A DNA stretch of 64,000 bases. It comes from Kiritimatiellia bacterium. GTDB taxonomy: Bacteria; Verrucomicrobiota; Kiritimatiellia; RFP12; UBA1067. A program made the position numbers and the translations under genes. A model generated the notes under the pieces. It searched no databases. It saw only the letters and a list, made by a program, of their open reading frames with translations, and was not told the DNA's origin. The stretch is taken from NCBI GenBank assembly GCA_050949565.1, contig JBMNFY010000017.1, positions 640,001-704,000 of the forward strand. Reading direction: 5' to 3'. Positions 49,294 through 59,862 of this stretch are shown piece after piece (within the stretch, counting starts at the first letter, position 1; each line of letters begins with the position of its first letter).

Positions 49294-52200
49294 TTACTTT
49301 GACAACTCCTGACGAAGTTTCTCCAGAAAGTCGCCGACACGCTCGACCGCCTGTTCGCTGACGGCACGCTTCAGCATATCGCCCAACGCGCGCGTGTCAA
49401 GACGCGGCGCGTCCACAGTGCCCGTGACCGGGATCTTGATCGACGTGCCTTTGAGTATGCGGGCTGCTGACGTGCCGACCAGTCGCTCCGTCACCGGCAC
49501 CTCAATCACATAGTTCACTGCACCGTCGAAGGCCACCCAGCCGCCGATGATCACCGGTTGCTCTTCGATCACCATACGCACCGGATCGGCCTGAATCCGT
49601 CCATTGCGCACCGTCACATGAATCGGCAGGTTCTTCACCTCGTACACATGCGTCTTGACCTTGATCATGCCAAGCAACTCGCGTAACGCGGGGCCCAACT
49701 CCAGTTTCAAGTTTTCGAGCGCGATGTCCATATCCAAGGCCACACCGCGTTCCGGGGGCACGCCCGGCTCAATGCGGCAGCTCCGCAGATCCAGCGTGAC
49801 CGTTCCGCTACGCACGCGACCACCCTGAAACAACGGATTAAAGTTCACCAGCAACGTATCAAGCATCTCTTGCGTCAGTGCCACGCGCTCCAGCAACCGC
49901 GTGCGCGGCGGCAGTATCAGCGTGCCGCCCCCGCGTCCGCCGACCGCGAGCTCAGGAACCAGCCGCAACCGTCCGTTGTTGAGCGCCGGCTCATACCCGA
50001 CGCGCAATACGCCTTTGGACAGACGGAAGACGGCGTCTGCAGGCCCGGCACGTAACCCGAATCCAACGACCGACCCCACATACACGGCGGCTTCGAGTTC
50101 GCCCTCCGACAACACCGTCGACGCACCGCCCGCCAGCGGCGAGGTAAAGCGGAACGGCCGGAACTCGCGTCCGGTCAACGTAAACTCATCGATCCCCTTG
50201 GCCGCCAGCAGTCGCGTCACCGCAGCGGCGTCCACTGCCGTGCGGCCCTGTGCCGTGAGCAAACAGCGGCCGGACAGTTCGTTCGCCGCCGCCTCAGCCT
50301 GCATCGCGAACAGGCTGCTCGCCACATCCAACTTGGAGACCTTGACGCTCGTTCCGTCTGTTGCAATGACCGCCTCTGCGATCACACGCGCCGACGGTTC
50401 TGCGAACACGGCGGTGCCGTCACGTTCCAGTATGGCGCCGCCTTGCGCCGTCAGCGCGATCTGCATCCCGCGCTTGGCACCATCGCGCACCACGCTGCCT
50501 TCAACCCGCACATCCGGCACACGCCACACACCGCCGTCTTCGACACGTGCGGTGATCGCGAGCCCGGCGGCATTCAGGCGCGCCTTTACCCCTTCCCCCA
50601 CAACCTCGGCCGTTGCATTAGCCACCACCCGGCCTTGCCATGCCGACAAGCGGCGCTGCGCGGCAATCGGCAGAAAACCGCCCATCAGACGGCGCGCGCC
50701 GGCCAGTTCCATATCGCTGGAGAAGGTAAACCCGCGCACCTGCAAAGGACGCTTCTCGCCGGGAGGCACCAGCCGTTGGCACGCGCCGGACATCCGTCCG
50801 CCATCAAGCGTCAGCTCAACGGACGCATCGTGCACCTCGGCCTGCGGCTCGTTACCTTGCAACGGCACACGCCCTGAGAGCTTCAGCGTTCCCTGCGGCA
50901 CCACTGTGCGCTGACCCGGCTGCACCTCCACCGCCACGTCGGCCAACTTCAGGAAAGAGGCAAGCGCAACCCCTGCCCCTTCGCGCCGGCTTGAGGCGTC
51001 CAAATAGATTGATCCCACCATTGGCGGACACGTCTTGAAGATGCGCGTGGCGTCACGGGCAAACCGCGTCAGATCGAGCTGTGCCTTGAGAGTCGCCGCG
51101 TCAAAGCGGCCACTGGCATAGACATCGGCAAACGGGGCTTTGAGATGCAAGCGTTCAATCTCAGGCCACGCGCCGTACGGGAAGCGCGCCTTCACTTGCA
51201 ACGAGGGCTCCGGCTTGAACGTGATCGGCTGCTTCCCGACCTTCATCGCCAAATCGGACGTCACCGCGTCCGCCTGCACCTGCAACGCTGTGTCGCTCCC
51301 CTCGACCGCCACCTCGGCGCGCAGCTCGCCGCCGCTCATCGTGAAGGCCTTGGAGAGTCCGAGCGCCGGCCCGAAGTCCCGTGCTAGCGCCGCGAGTTGA
51401 ATCGTGGTCTTGCCACTCACCGCCCCGGTCATCACGCCTTTTTTCTCTGCTGCCTGCAACCGGCCTTTGGCCTCAGCGCGTATCCACGGCGAAGCCAGAT
51501 CGAACTGAGTGATTGTGAGCGTCTTGCCGTCAACCCCAAGATTCGCCATCAGCGCCACATCGCCGGGCGGCGACGGCTTCTCGCCCTGCGCTCCGACCGA
51601 AAGTTGGCTGACAGCCAAGCCGCCCTCGATCATCCCCAGCTTGGAACTGCGGATTGCGGCGGTCAGCGCGCCCTCCAACTTGCCGCTACGGATCCATGCG
51701 TCGCCGGTCATGTGCTGAATCAACGGCGCGAACGCTGTGATATCTACATCAACCGCTTTCAGCGTGATGCGTTCCGGCTGCTCCGTCTCGGTGCCCTTGC
51801 TTAGATCACGGATGCTCTGGATGCGTCCCTCCAACGCCACCAAACCACCGCCTATCTGCGCGCGCGTCTTCACCTCAATCGGCTTGCGGTACGAGGTTAA
51901 CGCTACACGCCCCTCCACCTGCTCCGCCACGCAACGCCCCGCGCTGCCGCCGTGGATCGCGACACGACCACCCGTCACATTCAGGGTGGCTGCGATATCG
52001 ACGATCGGCAGGAAGAAGGTGCCTTTCTTCTCTTTCTCCTTCCGGGCCTTTGGCTCAGCCGGCGGCGGGGGCGGCGCAAGGTCGAGGTCAAGCTCAGGCG
52101 CACTGAGCGTCACCTCGCCCAGATCAAGCACCCCGATTGGCAACAGACGTAGCAACCCGCGGTCGAACGCAACACGCTTAGCCGACATCGCGATTCCGTG

Positions 52201-52491
52201 CTGCGGATCGCTGAACGAGAACGCCTCCAGAACCGGCGCACGGAACCAACCCAGCGACCAACGCTCAAACGACACGCGCGCCGGTTCGGCCGCCTTGTTG
52301 ATCGAAGCCAGTACCCATCGGCGGCCGCCATCCATTGAAAGCAACGTCGGGATCAGCGCCACGAGAACGACCAACGGAACCAGCAGAAACAGAATCAACT
52401 GAAGACCTCCCCGCAGACAGCCTTTCCGCTCCTCTGCCGCCTCATCCACCTCATCATCACGAATTGCATCAAATTGCATGACGATCAGCAT
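49294..52491 (-). CDS. AsmA-like membrane-anchored beta-rich envelope protein
   Basis: Single N-terminal TM helix, long beta-strand-rich body, and C-terminal 'GWVAFDG..NY...IKIPVTGTVDAPRLD'. Confidence 0.65.
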   Translation of the reverse strand: MLIVMQFDAIRDDEVDEAAEERKGCLRGGLQLILFLLVPLVVLVALIPTLLSMDGGRRWVLASINKAAEPARVSFERWSLGWFRAPVLEAFSFSDPQHGIAMSAKRVAFDRGLLRLLPIGVLDLGEVTLSAPELDLDLAPPPPPAEPKARKEKEKKGTFFLPIVDIAATLNVTGGRVAIHGGSAGRCVAEQVEGRVALTSYRKPIEVKTRAQIGGGLVALEGRIQSIRDLSKGTETEQPERITLKAVDVDITAFAPLIQHMTGDAWIRSGKLEGALTAAIRSSKLGMIEGGLAVSQLSVGAQGEKPSPPGDVALMANLGVDGKTLTITQFDLASPWIRAEAKGRLQAAEKKGVMTGAVSGKTTIQLAALARDFGPALGLSKAFTMSGGELRAEVAVEGSDTALQVQADAVTSDLAMKVGKQPITFKPEPSLQVKARFPYGAWPEIERLHLKAPFADVYASGRFDAATLKAQLDLTRFARDATRIFKTCPPMVGSIYLDASSRREGAGVALASFLKLADVAVEVQPGQRTVVPQGTLKLSGRVPLQGNEPQAEVHDASVELTLDGGRMSGACQRLVPPGEKRPLQVRGFTFSSDMELAGARRLMGGFLPIAAQRRLSAWQGRVVANATAEVVGEGVKARLNAAGLAITARVEDGGVWRVPDVRVEGSVVRDGAKRGMQIALTAQGGAILERDGTAVFAEPSARVIAEAVIATDGTSVKVSKLDVASSLFAMQAEAAANELSGRCLLTAQGRTAVDAAAVTRLLAAKGIDEFTLTGREFRPFRFTSPLAGGASTVLSEGELEAAVYVGSVVGFGLRAGPADAVFRLSKGVLRVGYEPALNNGRLRLVPELAVGGRGGGTLILPPRTRLLERVALTQEMLDTLLVNFNPLFQGGRVRSGTVTLDLRSCRIEPGVPPERGVALDMDIALENLKLELGPALRELLGMIKVKTHVYEVKNLPIHVTVRNGRIQADPVRMVIEEQPVIIGGWVAFDGAVNYVIEVPVTERLVGTSAARILKGTSIKIPVTGTVDAPRLDTRALGDMLKRAVSEQAVERVGDFLEKLRQELSK

Positions 52492-52527
52492 ACCACGCCC
52501 GTCTTATGGCGACAAGCGCGACCGGTA

Positions 52528-52665
52528 CGGGTTTCAGGTTTCGGGGTTTCAGGGTTTCACTTGAGCGTTGAGCGTTGAAAGTTGGGCGTTGAACGTTATT
52601 GAAGCGCCCTCTTGCAGTGCCCAAAAAAATCTTAGTGCCCTTCGTGCCTTCGTGTGAGAAAAACA
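52528..52665. repeat. Repeat island (GGGTTTCA octamers, GTTGAGC heptamers, linker + CTTCGTGC triplet)
   Basis: Directly visible; same families as at 5903 and 34110. Confidence 0.8.
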
Positions 52666-52674
52666 ACTAACGCA

Positions 52675-53298
52675 CTAATGAACTGCTCCCGCTTCCTGCC
52701 ACACGGCTTGCAGCCTGCGGATGGCGGCCGCAGGATCGGACACTTGATTGACCGCGCGCACCACCGCGAAGGCGGTGGCGCCGTGACGGCGCACCTCCGC
52801 GAGATTCTCTGAGTCGATGCCGCCGATCGCCACAGTCGGCACGGGTGAGGCATGGATAATCACCCCCATCTCCTCAAGACCGAGTACCGGATCGGGGATC
52901 GCCTTGGTCGGCGTGGCGAAGACCGGCCCCACGCCGATATAATCCGGCGCGTATGCAACCGCATGTGCGGCCTGCTCACGGCTGTGCGTGGAAAGGCCAA
53001 AGACTTTGCCCGTCACCGGCCAGAGCCGCCGCGCTTCATCCAGCGGCATGTCGTCCTGACCCAGATGCACGCCGTCGGCGTCGACCTCGCGCGCGATCTC
53101 GACATCATCGTTGATCACCAGGCGCGTCGCCGTACCGCGCGTGATGGCGCGCAGCGTGTGCCCGACCGCAATGATCTCATCACGCGGCGCGCGCTTCATC
53201 CGCAACTGCAACCACCTCACGCCGCACGCCACCGCCGCTTCGGCGCAACGTTCGTATCCCGTCACCGGATTCGTCAAAATCAGATACAGTCCTTGCAT
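52675..53298 (-). CDS. thiE: Thiamine-phosphate synthase
   Basis: [46 protein letters not shown]. Confidence 0.96.
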   Translation of the reverse strand: MQGLYLILTNPVTGYERCAEAAVACGVRWLQLRMKRAPRDEIIAVGHTLRAITRGTATRLVINDDVEIAREVDADGVHLGQDDMPLDEARRLWPVTGKVFGLSTHSREQAAHAVAYAPDYIGVGPVFATPTKAIPDPVLGLEEMGVIIHASPVPTVAIGGIDSENLAEVRRHGATAFAVVRAVNQVSDPAAAIRRLQAVWQEAGAVH

Positions 53299-53304
53299 CT
53301 TGCA

Positions 53305-54063
53305 TCACCCTCTCGTACGACACATTTTACATGAACACCCATTCCGACGCATTACGCGCACCGTCCGCGCGGTCAAGTGCCAAGCGTCGAACACAAATAG
53401 ACGATTTACCAGCAATGTCTCGGGCGGTGCCTCAAGCAACAGCTTGATCGCTTCGGTCGCCTGCACCGTACCGATCACGCCCGGCAACGTACTCAGCGGC
53501 CCGCGCGGTGTGTCCTCTTCCGCCGTCGGAGGTTGCTCGAATACACAGCGGTAACAGGCGCTGCGCCCCGGAATCACCGTCATCGCCGATCCCTCGAACG
53601 CACGGATGCCGCCATGCACCACCGGCCGTCCGGCCGCATGACAGAGGTCCGCAATCAGGAATTTCGCCGCAAAGCTGTCGGTCGCGTCGATGACCACATC
53701 GTACCCCTCAATCATTTCGCGACCGTTCGCCGCCGTCAGGTGTTGCGGGATCGGCACGATCGTGACCTCGGGATTCAGCGCGTTCAGAGTATCCGCCGCC
53801 GATACCGTTTTGGGGCGTCCAAGATCAGCCGTGCGGTGCAGGATCTGGCGTTGCAGATTGCTCAATTCCAGCGTGTCGCCATCCATCACGCCAATCCGTC
53901 CCACCCCCGCCGCCGCTAGATAAAACGCCGCAGGCGAGCCGAGTCCGCCCACACCGACAACCAACACGCTGCCAGCGGCCAGACGCGCTTGTCCGGTCGC
54001 GCCGATCTCCGGCAACTCCAGATGCCGCGCGTAACGCGCTTTTTGATAAGAAGAGAGATTCAT
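53305..54063 (-). CDS. thiF: ThiF/MoeB-family sulfur-carrier adenylyltransferase
   Basis: RYARHL.LPEIG..GQ.RL, GVGGLGSP, SNLQRQILH, CYRC; lies within the thi operon. Confidence 0.9.
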   Translation of the reverse strand: MNLSSYQKARYARHLELPEIGATGQARLAAGSVLVVGVGGLGSPAAFYLAAAGVGRIGVMDGDTLELSNLQRQILHRTADLGRPKTVSAADTLNALNPEVTIVPIPQHLTAANGREMIEGYDVVIDATDSFAAKFLIADLCHAAGRPVVHGGIRAFEGSAMTVIPGRSACYRCVFEQPPTAEEDTPRGPLSTLPGVIGTVQATEAIKLLLEAPPETLLVNRLFVFDAWHLTARTVRVMRRNGCSCKMCRTRG

Positions 54064-54345
54064 GTTTGTTTAACGCAGAGGCACAGAGACGCAGAGTTTT
54101 TTATGGTGTAACGGCGTGACCGCCGCTGGGGAGGGACGAGCGTTTGCTCGTCCGCGGGCAAGCAGACGCTTGCCCCTCCCGGTGCTCCGCAATGAAACCT
54201 GAAACCGTCCTTCCGCGCAGCGGAAGGCGGCTCGTGGGGACACTCGCCCTCCAAAAAACGCTGAACGTCGAACTCTGAACTCTGAAGTAAAAAAACTCCT
54301 AAATCCTAAATCCTAAATCCCGCCTTCCGCGCGCAGCGCAGAAGG
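54064..54345. repeat. Repeat island inside the thi operon; 54112-54254 is an inverted copy of 62937-63081
   Basis: Three GGAG-type hairpins, ACGCAGAG triplet, and CCTAAAT heptamers overlapping the thiH stop. Confidence 0.88.
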
Positions 54346-55482
54346 CGGCGACAGTACCGACCGGTACGCGCTATCCCAGTTTTTGAAAACGGGGTCTAGT
54401 CCGTGCGCGCGCAACATCGTGCAGAAGGCTGTCACGTCACGACCATCCGACACCGCGAACTGTCCCGTGTCCTCAGCACGACCATCATAGCCGCCCACCG
54501 TTGTGCGGCTGCCGGCACTCATGCGATTGATACCCACCCCGGCCAGACCATCGCGAAACGCCGGTGCCTCGCGTGTCGAAAGTACCAACGTGGTCTCCGG
54601 CAGACAAATGCGGAAAGCAAAAATGAGCTGCGCCAGCCAACGGTCGCCGACCGGATGCGGCGCTTGAAAGCCCCCCGCCTCAGGCCGCAACCTGGGAAAC
54701 GAAACAGAGAACGCTGCGCGCCAGAAACGCTGTTGCAACACGCGGACATGCCGGAAGAGCGCGAGTGCGTCGGCCAATGGATCGGCCAGTCCCAGCAACG
54801 CGCCAAGCCCCACGCTCGCGACACCGCCGGACAGCGCACGCGACGGCGCGTCCAACCGCGCCGCATAGTCGCGCTTCGGACCCCATCGGTGGAAACGTTC
54901 ATAGGCATCGGGATCATAGGTCTCCTGATAGATCGTCACGCCGGTGCAACCGGCCTCCGCCAGCGCGCGATACTCGTCAACCGTCATCGGGAATGCTTCC
55001 ACCGTGACCTCGTGAAAGAGACGCGCCGCCATGCGCACGCCCGCAAGCAGATAGTCGAAACCGGCGTGCGGCGTACGTTCGCCCGTCAGCAGTAGCACCT
55101 GCTCGAAGCCCAACCGCTTCAGCGCGGTCAACTCGCGTTCGATTTCGTCGGGTTCCAACCGATGACGCACTTGGTCGCGATCGGCGGCAAACCCGCAGTA
55201 AGCGCAACCGCCGGAGCAGTAATTCGAAAGATACAACGGCGCGTAGAGCTGGATCGTGCGACCGAACTGGCGGCGCGTCAAAGCCTGTGCCCGTTGCGCC
55301 ATGGCCTCCAGCCAGCGCGTCGGCTCCGCGCGCACCAGCGTGACAAACGCCGCTTCGTCGGGCTCTTCTGTAGTCAGCGCGGCGGCGACCGCCCGCGCAT
55401 CTGGCGGTGGCAACTCCAACCAAGGACGCGGATCCAGTTCGCGGGGCATGTCGCCGCGCGGCGATGATGAGACCGCATTCAC
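54313..55482 (-). CDS. thiH: 2-iminoacetate synthase (radical SAM tyrosine lyase)
   Basis: [56 protein letters not shown]. Confidence 0.95.
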   Translation of the reverse strand: MNAVSSSPRGDMPRELDPRPWLELPPPDARAVAAALTTEEPDEAAFVTLVRAEPTRWLEAMAQRAQALTRRQFGRTIQLYAPLYLSNYCSGGCAYCGFAADRDQVRHRLEPDEIERELTALKRLGFEQVLLLTGERTPHAGFDYLLAGVRMAARLFHEVTVEAFPMTVDEYRALAEAGCTGVTIYQETYDPDAYERFHRWGPKRDYAARLDAPSRALSGGVASVGLGALLGLADPLADALALFRHVRVLQQRFWRAAFSVSFPRLRPEAGGFQAPHPVGDRWLAQLIFAFRICLPETTLVLSTREAPAFRDGLAGVGINRMSAGSRTTVGGYDGRAEDTGQFAVSDGRDVTAFCTMLRAHGLDPVFKNWDSAYRSVLSPPSALRAEGGI

Positions 55483-56276
55483 ACGCGCTCCCCTCCTTGC
55501 AGAAAGGTGGTCAATGGACTGCTAGCCTGCGCCTCCTGTCCCACGGGCATGAGGCCGGCTCGCCGGGCGCTACGACCGGCCGCCACCGCCTGCGCAAAGG
55601 CCGCAGCCATGGCCGGCGGATCGCCGGCATCGGCCACCGCCGTGTTAACGAGCACTGCGTCACAGCCCATCTCCAACGCGGCGGCGGCCTGCGACGGCGC
55701 ACGCAGTCCCGCATCCACGATCACGGGGATGCACGCCTCGCGCACAATGATCTTCAGCAACTCGGCCGAGGCCAGCCCCTGGCCGCTGCCGATCGCTGCG
55801 CCCAGCGGCATGACCGAGGCACAGCCGACCTCTTCGAGGCGTTTGGCCAAAACCGGGTCGGGGGGGATGTACGGCATCACCAGCCAGCCATCGGCCGCCA
55901 GCACGCGTGCGGCCTCATAGGTCTCGATCGGGTCGGGCATCAGGTGGCGCGGATTGGGGTGGATTTCGACTTTGACCAAACGGCTGCCGCACAACTCGCG
56001 TGCGATGCGCGCGGCCTGAATCGCCTCCTCAGCGTTACGCGCGCCCGACGTGTTGGGCATCAACGTGACACCCTCCATCGCCAACAACGGCGTCAGTAGC
56101 GCATCGTCCGGGCGATCGCGGTCAAAGCGCCGCAGTGCCACAGTCACGATCTGTACACCTGACGCGGCCACGGCGCGCGCCATGACGTCGGCACTGGCGA
56201 ATTTACCTGTCCCTAACAGTAGGCGTGAAGTGTAGGCGTGATCGCCCAACACCAAAGCATCATCTTCTTGATTCAT
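55479..56276 (-). CDS. thiG: Thiazole synthase
   Basis: [33 protein letters not shown]...[15 protein letters not shown]. Confidence 0.97.
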   Translation of the reverse strand: MNQEDDALVLGDHAYTSRLLLGTGKFASADVMARAVAASGVQIVTVALRRFDRDRPDDALLTPLLAMEGVTLMPNTSGARNAEEAIQAARIARELCGSRLVKVEIHPNPRHLMPDPIETYEAARVLAADGWLVMPYIPPDPVLAKRLEEVGCASVMPLGAAIGSGQGLASAELLKIIVREACIPVIVDAGLRAPSQAAAALEMGCDAVLVNTAVADAGDPPAMAAAFAQAVAAGRSARRAGLMPVGQEAQASSPLTTFLQGGERV

Positions 56277-56299
56277 GTTTCGTTGTCCTTTTCATCACA

Positions 56300-56494
56300 T
56301 CAGCCGCCGCCCGCGAAGGTCAACAGTTCCACACGGTCGCCCTCGGCGAGTGCCGTGGTGGCCTGTTCGGCGGCGGGCACCACGCGGTCATTCACCACGG
56401 CGGCCACGCGCACAGCGGGTGCTTGTTCAGCAATCAATTCCGATACAAATCGCGCCACGGTCTCGTAAGGTTCGCCATTCAGCAAAATTTTCAT
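56300..56494 (-). CDS. thiS: Sulfur carrier protein ThiS
   Basis: MKILLNGE...VAAVVND.VVP...LAEGDRVELLTFAGGG, with a GGAGG RBS. Confidence 0.95.
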   Translation of the reverse strand: MKILLNGEPYETVARFVSELIAEQAPAVRVAAVVNDRVVPAAEQATTALAEGDRVELLTFAGGG

Positions 56495-56520
56495 CGTTGC
56501 ACTCCTCCCGACGGCGCCGG

Positions 56521-56560
56521 AAAACAAAAAAGGAATGCACGCCGGTCGGGTGCATTCCCT
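56521..56560 (-). terminator. Riboswitch expression-platform terminator
   Basis: GGAATGCAC-CCGACCGGC-GTGCATTCC-TTTTTTGTTTT between the aptamer and thiS. Confidence 0.85.
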
Positions 56561-56564
56561 GTCT

Positions 56565-56655
56565 GAGTCTCCCTTCGCCGGCATGATCCGGATCAGGTTC
56601 TGCGGGTGTGATCTCAGCTCTTCCGCGCGGAAGAACACCCCGGCCGTTTGGTGTC
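56565..56655 (-). promoter_or_regulatory. TPP riboswitch
   Basis: GGGGTG...GCTGAGATCACACCCGCAGAACCTGATCCGGATCATGCCGGCGAAGGGA upstream of thiS. Promoter TTGACA-17-TACGCT at 56686-56658. Confidence 0.96.
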
Positions 56656-56713
56656 ACAGCGTACGCCAGCGGGTCCGGATTGTCAATCCGGTTTGAAACG
56701 CCTATAATGCGGC

Positions 56714-57367
56714 ATGAAAAAAATTCTGCTGACACTCGTCTTTTTGGCGGCGGTCTCAACGGCCATAGCTGATTCAATACAGCTTTTCAATGGACGCGAC
56801 CTCACAGGCTGGAAGGTCGCCGACCTGTTTGAAAGCGGCAAGGTTGAGGTGCTGCCGGACGGCTCTGTCGAGTGCGGTTTCGGCAATCCTATGACCGGCA
56901 TCGCCTATACCAACACGCCGCCGCGCATGAACTACGAACTCTCCCTGCAAGCCGTTCGCGTCCAAGGCGCAGATTTCTTCATCGCGCTCACCCTGCCGAT
57001 CGAAACCAACTATTGCACCATCATCATCGGCGGTTGGGGCGGCAGTCTGTGTGGCATCTCGTCCGTCGATTACATGGACGCCTCGGAAAACCAGTGGAGC
57101 GAAAGCATCAACCTCGAGAACGAGCGCTGGTATACCCTGCGTGTGCGCGTCACGCCCGGCGTCTTGCAGGTCTTTCTCGACGAGACGCTTTTCACCGCCC
57201 GCGTGGAAGGACCGCCGTCACGCTTCAGCCTGCGATCGGGCAGCGACATCGACAAGACGGGGCCGCTGGGCCTCGCTACCTACCGCACCAAAGCCCGTTG
57301 GCGTAATTTCACTCTCACGCCGATCACGGAATTGGGGCCCAAGGACAAGCCGATGCTGGACGAGTGA
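56714..57367 (+). CDS. DUF1080 (3-keto-disaccharide hydrolase-like) secreted protein
   Basis: Signal peptide, LFNGRDLTGW, NYEL.L, and IIGGWGG...GISSVDYMDASEN. Confidence 0.85.
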   Translation: MKKILLTLVFLAAVSTAIADSIQLFNGRDLTGWKVADLFESGKVEVLPDGSVECGFGNPMTGIAYTNTPPRMNYELSLQAVRVQGADFFIALTLPIETNYCTIIIGGWGGSLCGISSVDYMDASENQWSESINLENERWYTLRVRVTPGVLQVFLDETLFTARVEGPPSRFSLRSGSDIDKTGPLGLATYRTKARWRNFTLTPITELGPKDKPMLDE

Positions 57368-57379
57368 GCCGCCGCCCGC

Positions 57380-59803
57380 TCAGTACGTGACCCAGCGCAC
57401 GCCGCCCACCACCAGCCGCACACGGCTGTTGCGCTCGGCGTTGATGCCGATCATCACGGCCTTGATTTCGGTCGGCGACAGCTTCCCGTCGGCATCAGGG
57501 CGCGAATGCGTGCCCCATATCGCCTTGTCAAAAAAGGCCGTGAGCGTCTGCCGTCCTCGCCGGGAAAAGTCGTACGGCAACTCGCACAGGTAGCACGAGC
57601 CCCCCGCCTCGACAAACTGCACACGCAACGTACCCGTGCCTTCCAGCACCTCGACCTCGGTCTGCATACCGTCAGCCCCTTCCGGCGGACGCTCCGTCGC
57701 GGCAAGTGTGAGTCGAGGGTAACCCCACGGGTCTTGGTTGCCGAACCGCATGTCGAAGGCCATGCCGCTGTCTTGCAGTGCATGCGTCATCGTCGCGCCG
57801 CCCACAATGTTGTCGGCCCAAGCCGCAGGATCGGTCACCGAGGCGATCTCTCGTACATGCGACGGCGTCACGGCGGTCGCCGGACAGGCCAACCGGAATG
57901 CGAGCCGGGGCTGTCCTGCCGCGCCGAAATCGCCGTGCAGACGTACCGGCACACCGAAGACCGCCTGACGGCCGGCCTGCGCCGGGATCACGACCTTGAG
58001 CGCCATAACCTGACGCTCCATCGGACGCAGTTCAATCTTCTCCGTCGGCAGCGTCACGCGCCATCCCTCCGGCACGACATCGACCTTCAAACTGCCGCGC
58101 ACGGTCGCTTCGCTGAAATTGTAGAGCGCGACTGGCACCTGTTTTTCTGCATCCAGTCCCACCTCATACGCCTGAATGTCGAGCCGTGATTGCGCTTGCG
58201 GCATCACAACCTGAAACACCACCGGCGAAGGCGCAAGCGAATCCGATGAAGGCGCTGGTGACACACGCAACGGCTTCTCCACCGCAAACTGTTCGCCCGC
58301 GCCCGACGGCAGCACCGCAAAAAACGGTGCTTCTGTCAGCGTCGCCGGTACGCCATCACGCAGCGGCCGCCCGTATCCATCGTAGACCGCCTCGACTGTC
58401 ACGCCGCGCAGCATGTCAGCCGACGTCTGGCCCTTGTCGGCCCAAGCGACCAGAACATCGCGCGCCGCGCCGTCCGGTCGTGCACGGAAAGCGTAGACGC
58501 GTGCTGCGCCGTTGGTCATGCGCCCCAACGGCTGCGCGCCAGCCAACAGTCGCCCTGTAGCGGCCAGCGCGAGATAACCGCGGCGCGGTGTGAGATCGCG
58601 ACGCAACAGACCAAACTGTATCTGTCCTTCACAGTAGTTGCCGAGGATGAAAAAGTAGTGCTGCGACACGCCCGCAAAAAGACTTGTCGCGAACGACTTC
58701 GGCACAAAGCGCGCCTGACGCACTTCTTCCGCTTCCGGCAGATCGCCGTGCTCACCGTTCCACCGCACATGAATCCCGCACTCGCTGAGCCAGATCGGAC
58801 GCCCGCACGCGCCCTGACGGGCGGTCTCGAATTCGCCCGTGTACTTTTCGACGCCGCTGTAGGTGTGGTTGTTGTAGGTGTCGTAATACGGCCAGGCCCC
58901 CCCCTCGATCACGCCCTCTACGTGCAGCGCTGACCCCGACCCGGCGTAGACGTTCCAGCACACGGTCAGCGACGGATCACCCGCCTTAAAACCGAGATAC
59001 GATGCTTTCTGCAACGCAACCATCTCGTCGATGAGATGCCCGCCAAAACCGGGGATGTTGGCCTCGTTCCAAGGTTCCCACGCCTGAATGACGCCTTTGA
59101 AGCGTTCAGCCATCGCGCGACAGAAACGGAACGAATCACGCAGGTCACGCGGAAAGCGCTTGTAGGGCTTGCCCTCCTCCAGCCGTGGCATTTGCGCCCA
59201 CGACGGCGTGCTGTGATAGACCTGCAACACCTCAAGCCCCGCGCCGCGCAGAATACGCGCCGAATCGTCATAACGCGTCGCCGCATGGAACTCGCCGGGC
59301 GCGTGCTCAAGATCGCCCCACGTCAACCGGTCCCGCACACCGCTCACGCCCGCCAGCGCCGCGAGACTGGCGAATGCCGCCATTTTACGGCGGTCCCGCT
59401 CCGGCTCACCCGTGCGTGTGAACCAAGCGTTCGCGGTATCAATCCGAATCGGCGAGTCAGACGGGACGGGCACTGCCAGCCGCTTCAACACCGCTGCGGT
59501 CGTCCAGGCGACCGGCTTGCCAGCGCCATCAAGCCCTTCGATCCGGTACCAGCCCACCGGTTGCCGCCCCAGTTCGACGTGCGTCATTCCCGCTTTGTAC
59601 GCGCCCCGCACAACGTTCTTACCATCGAGATCACGCGCCTCCCAACTCACCGCCTTGTCAAAGCCGGCTGGCAACACGACGCGCACCTCATCCTTTTCAG
59701 TGCAGACATTACCTGGCCGCTCCGGCAGGGGCAACGGTACCGTCGTCGCCATACACGCGCCTCCGTACACACACAACAACACCTGTGCAAACGTCTTCAT
59801 CAT
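57380..59803 (-). CDS. Clan GH-A glycoside hydrolase (GH39/GH5-like) with C-terminal beta-sandwich
   Basis: VRDRLTW..LE, WEPWNEAN acid/base motif, IWLSECG nucleophile motif, FGLLRRDLTPR. Confidence 0.75.
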   Translation of the reverse strand: MMKTFAQVLLCVYGGACMATTVPLPLPERPGNVCTEKDEVRVVLPAGFDKAVSWEARDLDGKNVVRGAYKAGMTHVELGRQPVGWYRIEGLDGAGKPVAWTTAAVLKRLAVPVPSDSPIRIDTANAWFTRTGEPERDRRKMAAFASLAALAGVSGVRDRLTWGDLEHAPGEFHAATRYDDSARILRGAGLEVLQVYHSTPSWAQMPRLEEGKPYKRFPRDLRDSFRFCRAMAERFKGVIQAWEPWNEANIPGFGGHLIDEMVALQKASYLGFKAGDPSLTVCWNVYAGSGSALHVEGVIEGGAWPYYDTYNNHTYSGVEKYTGEFETARQGACGRPIWLSECGIHVRWNGEHGDLPEAEEVRQARFVPKSFATSLFAGVSQHYFFILGNYCEGQIQFGLLRRDLTPRRGYLALAATGRLLAGAQPLGRMTNGAARVYAFRARPDGAARDVLVAWADKGQTSADMLRGVTVEAVYDGYGRPLRDGVPATLTEAPFFAVLPSGAGEQFAVEKPLRVSPAPSSDSLAPSPVVFQVVMPQAQSRLDIQAYEVGLDAEKQVPVALYNFSEATVRGSLKVDVVPEGWRVTLPTEKIELRPMERQVMALKVVIPAQAGRQAVFGVPVRLHGDFGAAGQPRLAFRLACPATAVTPSHVREIASVTDPAAWADNIVGGATMTHALQDSGMAFDMRFGNQDPWGYPRLTLAATERPPEGADGMQTEVEVLEGTGTLRVQFVEAGGSCYLCELPYDFSRRGRQTLTAFFDKAIWGTHSRPDADGKLSPTEIKAVMIGINAERNSRVRLVVGGVRWVTY

Positions 59804-59862
59804 CTTTGGTTTCCTGATAGAGTGGTTTTAGTGATCATCGGCATTAACGAAGATCCGAGCCG

